This document shows, piece by piece, positions 53,544 to 64,000 of a stretch of 64,000 bases of DNA. Below the pieces are notes generated by a model. That model searched no databases, was not told the DNA's origin, and saw only the letters and a list, made by a program, of their open reading frames with translations. Numbering within the stretch: the stretch's first letter is position 1; each line of letters starts with the position of its first letter. The position numbers were made by a program, and so were the translations under genes. This DNA is from Auanema rhodensis (taxonomy: Eukaryota; Animalia; Nematoda), in the NCBI GenBank assembly GCA_964057225.1, contig OZ059899.1, forward strand, positions 4,960,001 to 5,024,000, written 5' to 3'.

Positions 53544-56500
53544 ATGGGTAAGAAGGTTAAAATTGGAAAGCAGCGTCGTGACAAGTATTATAAACTTGCA
53601 AAGGAAGCAGGTATGGTTTTACACAGATTTGTAATTAGTAATTCTTTCTAAAGGTTTTCGGTCACGTGCTGCTTTCAAGTTGATTCAACTTAATAAACGT
53701 TTTGAATTTCTTCAAAATTCTCGAGCAACTGTCGATTTGTGTGCTGCTCCTGGAGGATGGATGCAAGTTGCTGTTCAAAATATGCCGGTTTCCAGCTTGG
53801 TTGTTGGTGAGGACAATATTAATAAAATGAAAAATGAATAGCCTAATTATTTAAGGAGTCGATCTTGCTCCTATCAAACCAATTGCTAACTGTATAGGTT
53901 TGCAAGGAGATATTACAACAGAAAAAACTAGGCAAGATATCAAAAAAGAATTGAATAATTGGGAAGTAAGAATATATTCGTTTTTACATGTGCTTCATAC
54001 TTAATTCTAGGCCGATTGTGTACTTCACGACGGAGCACCCAACGTCGGTTTAAATTGGATTCACGATGCCTTCCAACAAAATTGTCTAGTATTATCTGCT
54101 TTGAAGCTTGCCACTCAAATTCTTCGCAAAAATGGTACTTTTGTCACAAAGGTGCGTTTTTGACAAACAGCATGTTATTAACCTCGCTTCTACATGTTTA
54201 GGTTTTCCGTTCTAATGACTATTCCTGCTTGATTACTGTTTTTGAAAAACTCTTCAAGCAAGTTCATGTGTGGAAGCCAGCAGCTTCGCGTCTTGAATCT
54301 GCTGAGATTTTCGTTGTTTGTGAAAAATATTCGAAGCCTGCTAAGGTTCCTGCAGAATATCTTGACCCCAAGAAAGTTTTCGCTGATCCCGATGGATCTA
54401 ATAATGAAGCCACCAAAGTTAACCCGTACGTTTCACGAAACGATTATCGTAAGATTAATTCTAATTTAGACAAACATTGCTATTAAGTAACAGAAAGGAT
54501 AAGAAAGCTAAAGCTGAAGGTTATGATGACGGACTTACTATATTCAAAACTATCGATGCAACAACTTTCATTCAATCTAATGTAAATTGGTTCATTAATG
54601 TTTTTGAAATTAAGCTATATTATTTAAGCAATACCTAGATATTCTTGGCGGAGCAAATAAAATCATCTTGGACCAAGATAAATGGAAAGAAAGTTCACAC
54701 ACAAATGAAGAGGTTTCTTTTGTGCAAAGATAAATCCTCTAATTTTATTTAGATTATTGAATACTTGAATGATCTTAAAGTTTGTGGACCAAGAGAGTTG
54801 AGAACACTTCTCAAATGGCGTAAAGCCATGCGAAAAATCATTGAAGATGAAGCTGCTGAACTTGAAGGGTTTGTATTTTTTAACTTAATCATTAATTCTT
54901 TTGTTCTTTAGAGAAGAAGATGATGACGAAGTCGAGGAACCTTTGAATGAAGACGAGATTGAGTATATTTATTCTTCATTTAATATAGTCATTTGATGTT
55001 TTAGGGATAAGGCACTAGCTGAAATTGATGCTATGATTGCCAAGGCTTCAGCAGATGAGAAGGCTGCTCTTAAAAAGTTTTTATTTATTCATGTTATAAA
55101 TTAATATTATTTATTCAGAAAGAAAAAGAGAATGCTCAAAGCTAAAGCTAATATTATTAAGCGTCGTGAATTAAAAATGGTTATCGAAGGTGATCAAGCT
55201 GACTGTGTTGAAGATTTAGAAGTTTTTTCCCTGAAAAAGATTCGCAGAGTAGGATTTTTATTAGGAATATGAATAAAACAAGTGTCAATTTAGGCTAGAG
55301 AACTTGCTGCTATAAATGCTGAGGAAAATGAAACTCCAGATGTTATAGATGATGATGATGAAAAAATTGAAGATGAAGAAGATGGATTGGGAGAGGGAGA
55401 ATGGGAAACTCGCGAAGGAGCCAAGTAATCGTAATTATGTCAGTTGTTTTAAAAAAAAGGTGTTTTAGTGAAGATGACGATGATGACAGTGATAACGAGC
55501 TTGTATACACTGAAGAATCTTGGTTGAGTAAACAGGAGAAAAAGGAAAGCCGATCAGATAATTGGTTTAAAAAGGTACATGTTATCACCGAAAGATTATT
55601 ATTAACAAACATTTAGGATGAAATCGCTGGATTAATATCAGATGATGATGAGGACGAAGATTTGAATATAATCGAAAAACATATGAAGAAAAATAACAAA
55701 AATAAGTTTGAAAACACTGGTAAGTATACTTTTCAGTTTTCTCTTTGCATCTTCTGATTTAAGTTACCTTTGATGACAAAAACGAAAATATGAAAAGCAA
55801 AAAAAGGAAAAGAGATGCTGAAAACGAAGAAGAGTTCAACAGAGCGGATAGTGATGATGAAAACGACAGCACTGATGAGGATGACACCAAATTTGGTGCT
55901 GAAATGGACTGGGAAGATGTAGAGGATGAAGAAGGTTTTGATTACAAAAAAAGAGTTGTTGTTATTTTTATTTCTTAGAAGATACTCGAGCTGCTAAGCG
56001 TGATGCTGCAAAAACTATTCTTGGAGAAGATCTAAAGCCAAGTATGTGTGGTCCTTTTTTTAATTATTCGAAATCAATCTTTACAGAACAAAAGAAAAGA
56101 AAATTAACCCCTGAAGAGTTAGCTTTAGCAGAACAATTAATTTATTCAAGCAAGAGTGCTAGAGAATTAGAAGAGTGGGGGTGGAATAGGTGAAACATTT
56201 GAGGTGCTTCTTTAATATTATCCTATATTCAGATATGCTAATAACGATGAAGCATTACCTGATTGGTTTGTTCAAGATGAAAAGAAGCATTACAAGAAAG
56301 AACTCCCTGTTACAAAAGTAATTTATTTTTATTTTCATGTTACAATTTGTTTACCATCATTCTAGGAACAAGTCAAGATGTATCGTGAGCGAGTTCGAGA
56401 ACTTAATGCAAGACCTTGCAAGAAAGTTGCTGAAGCCAAAGCTAGGAAACAAAGAAAGTATGTTCGTCTATTTCTCTATGTAGCTGAAAAAAATATTTAC

Positions 56501-56836
56501 AGAGTGAAACAGAAAATGGACAAAGCTCGTAAACGTGCTGAAGGTGTGTTAGAAAATGATAATCTAGAACATTCGGAAAAAATCAGAGAGATGAAGAAGT
56601 CAGTGCAATTTTTTCAACTTAATTATGAATTATTTTGAAGGATTTATGCTCAAGCTGGGAAGAAAGAAAATAAGAAGGTTGAATTAGTTCGAATGACGAA
56701 GGGAAAGAAGGGAACAACAGCTCGTCCTAGTGGACGGTATAAGCTTGTTGATAATCGTATGAAGAAAGATTTACGAGCTATGAAAAAAAAAGAAAAAACT
56801 AAAGGCAGAAAAGGAGGTGGTAAGAGAAGACGCTAA
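53544..56836 (+). CDS. Pre-rRNA 2'-O-ribose methyltransferase Spb1/FTSJ3
   Basis: [131 protein letters not shown]; ~20 exons. Confidence 0.96.
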
Positions 56837-57195
56837 ATATAAACGCTACGGAAAACTGGTCTTATTTGTTAATCCTTGATATGATTGTTTCACAAGATAT
56901 ATAATAACACCATTATGTGTTATATCATTGTTAGTTTTGTTATAACTTTGTTGTTTACAATTTTTTGTTGATTTTGCTTGTTGACAAATAAAAACTATGA
57001 TTTTTATAACAAAGTTTTAAATTTGGTTCTGTCATAAATATGGACCAGTGATAACTGGCGCCAAGGATTATTTTTAAAATTTTCTTTCTGAAGTATCATC
57101 TGGAGCTCTAAAGGAAGTAGGTTCAGCATAAGATTTATCGGATGTTGGAAAATCGTAAACAGGGTTTCAGTATTTTACATTCTTATGAATATTAA

Positions 57196-59912
57196 ATGGA
57201 GGTCAGTTATTTTACCATATAAGAGTTAATCTATGAATATATAAGCACACTAAACATTACAAATTCTAAAGCAATCTGAATTTTATTTTCTATGTGGATA
57301 AGTTATCTATCAGAATTTTTAATATCTAAAAGTTTTTTGGATTTTCTATTTTGGAGTGTATCTTCATAAAATGTGGCGATGTATATGCGAATAGAGCATT
57401 GATTTACGTGTTTCTACTACAGCCTAACGACGAAGCAGCGTTCTCGTTGGATACGACGAATAATCCAAATAGCGGGCAAGAACTTTCAAATCAGGTAAAA
57501 TATTGCATTTGACGTTAGCTAATCGTTTTTATCTGATTGTAATTATATTACTAATATTAAATTAATTTCTATCCCGTTTTTTAAAAAATTCTACTCCGAA
57601 ATATTCAAAACTCCTCCTTATTCCGAGACTATTTCTAGCTAAATATAATGGATATGATCAATGTGCCAGTACGGGTAGCTGTTCAGTTAGGTTAGTACAC
57701 TTGCTTATTAACTTCATTAGTAAATGAACTTACAATTTTTCTAAAATCGCTAGTATTATATTGACGTTTTTCTTCGATAGTTTTCAATTCTTTATTCAAT
57801 GCTTTTACGAACTTATTTTGAAGATTATAATTTATTAAAGACCAAACTTCACTATAATATATTTCTTATTTTTCTAGAGAAAATGAGTGAAGTTATGAGG
57901 TTGCAAACCACGGAGTTAGACCGATTGACAGCTATTAATAGACAGCTCCAACTTGAAAAGCTTGAAATGAGTACAGAATTAGAAAAAATGAATGCGGATT
58001 ATAGGTAAATTTTCTTGGTGTCCAATTTGTTTTTAAGTCCGACCCATTTCCCTTATTTGACTTTGCGTAGTTCGAAAGCTCAAATTACTTCAATTTTGGC
58101 ATCCTGTTTCCTACATTAGCTATCCTCAAGTTCGCTTTTTTTGCATTTTGTTGTCGTCTTCTTTTATTCTTTGTCAGTAAATTACCCCATAAAGTTCCAT
58201 GAAGAGCTCTGTTCTTTCCTTATACTTATTCATTTTTTGCTCACGATTTGGATCAAGAGGGAGCTGGACATGCAAGGCGCGCGTCAATTTCATTATTTGC
58301 TGCTTTGGATGGAGAGAATGGAAGAAGGGGCTTGAGCTTGTCAAATAAGCACATTTCCGTCCAAGTCTAAAATAAATTGAAGTTTTCAGTTTTTTGCCTT
58401 TCTCTTCAATTTTTTGTACTAAATTATGATCTATTTCTATAACTTCTTCGTTTTGCTTTTTGCAATGGTGAGCTATAAGTAAATTAAGTATAGCCTTTTT
58501 TCGTTTTCACAATGCAAATCTATAGTGGGCATTCTTCTTAAACGCATTTACCCAACCTTTCGGATTTAAATGTAAGCTTTTTCAGTTTTCTTAAGTAAAA
58601 GTGTGCTTTCTTATTTATTTGCTTGCTCATTGCTACTTCCACTTGGTTAAGTTAACTAAGATTTTATGCATCCTCGCTGTATTTGTTGTTGAGTACGGAA
58701 AGTTCTTTACTTGTTAGAACAACTTGTAACAATGCCTAGATTTTTTTAAGCTATTTCCCCTTTTTATTAATAATGATTCGTTCATATCAATTTTTTACGA
58801 TATGATCTGGTTTTTTTAAAAATCATTTTATACGCTAAAACCTCTTTTCTCTCAGAATTTCCTGTGATAAGCTGATGGAACACGATTCGTTGTTGTCATC
58901 TGTAAATGCTGAATTAACATCTTTGCTACGAGAACGACACGGGATGCAAGAAAAAATATTACAACTTGAAAGAAAATACAAACAGGCTAAAGCAGCAAGT
59001 ATGGAATTTTCCCGAGTATTGGAGGTTTGTATGATGCTTTTAAGAGAGATGTTATTCACCTTCGTATTTATTTTGTTTTCAGCTTGAGCATGAGCTATTT
59101 CCTACTAGGGCCATTTTGGATAAGGAAATGATGGAAAATGCTTTGCGAATACCTGCTACAACACCTGATGTGGTAGTTATATTGCATTGAAATTGTTTTC
59201 TTATCTTTCAAATGACACAGAGCCAGATTGAAGAGGAGAAGCAAAAAGTACTACGTGAATACGAGAATGTGATGAATGAGAAAGAAGAACTGCGTAAGAA
59301 GTTAGAGAAAGAATGTAATTATTCTAAAGAACTTTTGCTTGATTTAGAAAGGAATAGAAAAATGGTTTGTCGTAAACATATTTTAATCCTTTAATCTTTT
59401 TTTATCTTAGCTACTCGACCGAGAAGAAGATATTATTGATTTGAAAAAACAGTTGGCAGATTCTGAACTTATTTCAAAACAGGTGAAATTTCATTTAAAA
59501 ATATTATCATAATCATTTTTTCAGAATCAAGAACAGCTATCTTGCACTCAATCAGACCTTCAGATGGAAAGGGGGCGATGCGACTGGCTTACATTAGCTT
59601 TGACAGATAATGAAGTTCTCATAGCACAGGTAAGATTTTTTAAAACTAAACATTTGAAATTTTTAAGTTATAAGTTAAAATAATAATTAATGTTTAGAAT
59701 CGTAATGAATCAATGATTTATCTAGAAGAAAATGCTCGTTTATGCAATGAATTAAAAGCTGCAAATGTAACCATAATATCTCTTAAAGCTAAATTGTAAG
59801 CTTAGCTGAATATATACTAACTAATATTATTTATTATAGGGAAGCGCAGGGTCGTGACTTGTTAAATACTAAAAAAGCTCTCTTAGGTTGTCAAAACGGT
59901 ATAACACAGTGA
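57196..59912 (+). CDS. Coiled-coil protein of unknown function, multi-exon
   Basis: About 11 exons splice in frame (ME|PNDEAAF...|...EKMSEVMRLQTTELDRL...|...EAQGRDLLNTKKALLGCQNGITQ*); heptad-rich E/K/L/Q composition. Confidence 0.75.
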
Positions 59913-61299
59913 AAGAACACGGGTTTTTCTTAGAAAATGAAGTTTTATTGTGATTTTATATTTTCATTTTTAAATGTACATAAGATGATAAATAGGAAAA
60001 AAAATTATTTTAATTCTTGCACCTATTAATCAAATTTCCTCGCTTCATATAAGGATAGTAGATCAAAAAGCTTGTTTTTATTTTGAATTCAACTGAAGAA
60101 GCTCACGGCATCATTATGTTGTTAGTAAAAATTAATGGAGCTTATAACATTTATATAGAACGACATTGTTAATACTTTTGACTAATTTTCGGACACATCT
60201 AAAAGAGAATTCTGAAGAAAAACCAAAATACGTTGAAATGTTAGCTTAATCACGAATGTTGATTCTAAATGAGATTTGGGATTAGTTCAGTATTCAGTTC
60301 GTACTTACTTTATTAAGATTACGAATGTTTTAGGCTTTTGTTTCCTTTTATATTTTCTTTTTTTCAGTCGTCATTACTCTCACTTATTGTATAAAAAATT
60401 TAAGAGATTTACGGAGGTTTCCCATGAGATAGTAAGGAGAACAAAGGAAATAATATGGATTAAATGTATTTGACATGACTATAATCCTTTTATTATTTTT
60501 CTTAGAAATAGCTAGAAGGGTTTTCCACATCTTGGTAAAGTATCTTATTGTTATTAAGATAAGTATTAAAGCTTTTGAGCACATAATGTCAATAAAAAAT
60601 ATTTAAAATCCAAAGCTTTTTGAGATAAGCTCACTTTATGTTTAGTTACTAAGGTCTAATACAAACAATTAGTAATAATAGAGCAGAATAGTTGACTAGA
60701 TCGACTTAGTCTTTTAATTCAACTTTCTTCTAATCTACTCTCTTTGAATTTATTTATAATTCCATTCGTTCTACATTGTTTTCATGAGTTTTGAGTACAA
60801 AATTTGTATTTTTTATAATATATTTGAGTTATATATCATCAAATTGATTTAATATTCTTCCAATTCAATTTCCTGAAATTTGTTTTTCTGCTTTTTTCTT
60901 AGCAAGACAAACTAATACAAAAAGTATCATATATATGTTTGTGATCTTTTATCATTTCTGAGTGTTTGGATGAAATTTCAGAAAAATAGTAATCGTCCTT
61001 TCCTTCAATGCGGAATGAATTTTCAAAAAAAAGTTGTTGCAGCCTCAGTGTTCCCTTTTCTATTCCCGTATTTGCTAATTTACTTTGAAGTTGTCTTCTA
61101 TTAAGTTAACATCATCCCTTTTTAGGATATTTCGATAATTTTAGCAGTTCGTACAATGTCCAAAAGATTTGAGACATCGTTGTAGGAATATGAAACCCAG
61201 ATTTCTAAACAAAACCCCGAACTCTATGTTTGTTGCAATGAAAAACAATATCGATAGAGAATCAAAAGTTTGCATACTGAACATTTGTTTTTCCATGAA

Positions 61300-63800
61300 C
61301 TATGAACTTCATCTTTTCATTTTCAGCGAAAATTATTTTTATTTCCAACCCGCTTTTTCCGTCTACTTTGTGTGTAGTAGTCACATTCTTCCACTACTAC
61401 TTCCACAAAATAACATAACACACTCCATATTATTGACAGAAATCCGGAATCAGCATAATTCAAAAATACCTGGATCTCAAATGATCAAACCATCAATGTT
61501 CATGGTCAATGGGAAAGACTATATCTTAGATCAATGAATGCTCTGCGACATTGTCGCCAATTCTAAACTTTGACGTCTTTTCTTGTGATCTCCCACATAC
61601 TTGATGATCAACAGTTTTATGTTCTTTATCTCATTGGTATCTCTGTTGCTGTATTTCGTTTTTTGTTCTCATTATCTGGTCAGATATGACATAGCCAATG
61701 TGTTAAAAGAATATTTTGTATCAATACAACTGTTATCTTTGTGATATTCATCTGTTCTCTCGTTCAATTTATCTCCGTCTTGGTACTTTTTTTTAATTTT
61801 TTTTCTCCAATTCTCCGCACAAGAAGAATGCGAAACAAATTGAGATTAAAACAGCTGTCTGAAGAAGTTTATCATGCTATAAACCAATGGTCATACGATT
61901 CATTAATTATATTCTTTAAAATAGCTCAATAAGTCCTTCGGCAGGTATTTTTCAAGTTACATGCTTGTGATTTTTGTTTTATTTGTTATCGTTGTTTGAT
62001 CTTCGATTATCTGATTGAAACGCACAATATCAGAAACTACTGGTAATCTGAACGTTTGGACTCCATTCAGTATCATTTCTGTCCTAGTTGTCATGTCTTT
62101 TTTTCCGTCTCATCTATCATATCAAAGAAAAAGCTTTACCCTTCCCGATTGTTTGCAAAGTCAGCATGTCCGTTTCTAATCTGCTCATGCTCTTTGAACT
62201 CCAGGAAATAACTCCTCAATTTCTAATCATAACGTCATCTTTGTGTGTGAATAGGCCTCGAAATCATATCACTAACGTAGCTCTTAATACGAAATCAGAT
62301 GCCATCCACTTCTTGAGCCGTCCTTTTCTCATTTCCAGATATTTATTTTTCCAATTCATAGTGCATTGAGCATTGCAGAATAACTTGTTAGTCAGATAAA
62401 CTAGCGGGGATTACACACGTCAGTTGTCTGTTTCATTTCACATTCATCTCATGAGCAATTGCTCAATAATCACAAGTAGGACTATGTAACATGAAGAAAA
62501 ATTGTTTAATTACCCATAACTTTTCCGGAGTGCTGTACATGTGATCTTTGTTTTTTTTTGTCATTACTCCAAGTCATCTTAATTCTCTCTTCTATAGTGG
62601 TATTTGTCTCAATTCTTTCTGCTTAAATTACATTTTACCATTTCTCGAACTCTTTGTTACCGGTGATGTTACACACTCGTTGAATCCCTACATGTTTTTT
62701 TCCAATTTCATGTTATCTTATCGCTTATGTTCTGCAAATGCCAGAAACAATTTAACTTATTTTTTCTCACTTACTCTCCATTTATTTTGAGTTTTGCCGC
62801 ACGAAGTATAGCTGTGTTTCCCTTCTGTATACTTGTCATGAATTTAATTTGAATTCGTCATTTTTGCTTTTGCAGGTGTTAGAAGAGGTTGTGCTTTGTG
62901 TCTATCTTCTTGTTTCATCTATTTTCTTCTTTTTCTGAGCTAGGAAGTTCAATTTTTCATTCCTTTTCCCTATCTCTCCTTCTATGCTTTTGCCTGCTGT
63001 GAAAATCACTTTCTTGTTCTTGAGCTTTAAGCGTAGTCTTCATTCAGCTCTACTTTAACGTCATCTGGATTTAAATTTGTTGCCATCGTCGTTGAGAGCA
63101 GACATGTCGACTCGTTGAAAGCAACTACATGGTTTTGCCTATCTCTACTTCTCTTTCATCCGCCTCCGTCTTTTTCGCTAAAGGCAAATCCATTTCAAGT
63201 ATTCTCGTCTTTATGACTTTTTTTGTTACTCTATTCTATTCTATCGACCTCTATAACTATTTGTTCCTCTGACCTGCATCTGTTGTGCAAGCCTTGTTCC
63301 TAATCACATTTGCTAATTCGACAACATTCGTGAATGTTTGGCATTCTAAAAAAATCGGCTTTGTTGTTAGATCTTACATATATTTTCCTGCACTAATCAC
63401 CTGGTTTTTGGTTCTTATTATTGAAATGTATGCATGTTTCACCACGGGTTCCACCAATAAACTCAACATCATTATTTTCTCGGACTTCCTACTCCATTTT
63501 GAATAGCTGCTAGCTTTTCCTGTTAGTTGGTGATGTTTGATATCAAGGGTTGTAACCATACTTCTACATTTTTCAAAAATAACAGTTCTTTGTTGTTCTT
63601 GGTTACAGCTTCCCTTGCAGCATTCTTGTCTATGGCTTTTTCTCTTTCTTCTTTCCTTACAGCTACATTCTACAAATCCAGATGTTTTCCCGGGATGATT
63701 TCAGGTCTTCGACCGGCTTTCTTCATAAACAAGCCTCTACTGCCTTAGGAATTCAACCGAGTTAATAAAACTTCGTTTAGTAAAAGTTGAACTTTTCTGA
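61300..63800 (-). mobile_element. Heavily decayed non-LTR (RTE-like) retrotransposon reverse-transcriptase remnant
   Basis: Broken minus-strand fragments in RT order: KAGRRPEIIPGKHL (~KAPGPD.IP), MMLSLLV (~ISLLS), QQSRF (~QAGF), STPEKLWVIKQ (~GIPEKL..I), RQLTCVIP (~RQGCVLSP), YSHKDDVM (~YADD), HIGYV (~WFGHV). Many stops and frameshifts; boundaries approximate. Confidence 0.45.
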
Positions 63801-64000
63801 AATAATCACAACTTATTCCAAGAACGCAATCTTTATGTTTCCACTTCCTGTTCCTTCTCTTATTCTTTAGGCCCTTTTAAAGTTTTTTGACCATTGTTCA
63901 ATAGTTGTTTTGAATTTATATCTGTTGTTTTCGGGTCTTCAAACTACATACTACTAATACGAATATACTAAGTTTATTGCCACTTTTGATAATATTGGCT

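Noticed and set aside
62504-62516. 13-nt match (GTTTAATTACCCA) to the SL1 spliced leader
   Set aside because: It is not followed by AGTTTGAG-GT or an Sm site, and it lies inside the decayed RT on the other strand; probably chance in AT-rich DNA.
1-64000. CRISPR arrays, prokaryotic operons or defence systems, telomeric TTAGGC arrays
   Set aside because: The sequence is intron-rich nematode DNA; no regularly spaced repeat-spacer array or telomeric tandem array was seen.

Overview
This is eukaryotic DNA from an AT-rich rhabditid (clade V-like) nematode: ~40-50 nt introns, TTTCAG/TTTAG acceptors, a cuticle collagen, CX-module genes and nematode ubl-1. Most entries in the ORF track are exon fragments or noise, so I rebuilt the gene models by hand across GT-AG introns. 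In order, the window holds: a partial MATH-like gene (-); an EF-hand rhomboid (rom-1-like, +); tRNA-Pro(AGG); mlp-1 with mutually exclusive LIM exons; frm-2/Yurt-like FERM gene (-); ~9 kb of non-coding DNA; a secreted M1-aminopeptidase-like gene and a secreted metallophosphoesterase-like gene, both missing catalytic residues; a cuticle collagen; a 1185-bp inverted duplication of mrpl-11 interleaved with two fast-diverging secreted EF-hand genes; a sulfotransferase-like gene lacking key residues; two CX-module genes; tRNA-Ile(AAT); a probable operon of ubl-1 (hosting two SNORD66-like snoRNAs), Spb1/FTSJ3 and a coiled-coil gene; and a decayed non-LTR retrotransposon. The most unusual signals are the mrpl-11/EF-hand cassette, the cluster of pseudo-enzymes, and the high frequency of AAG 3' splice sites. 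All family assignments come from recognising motifs; no database search was run.
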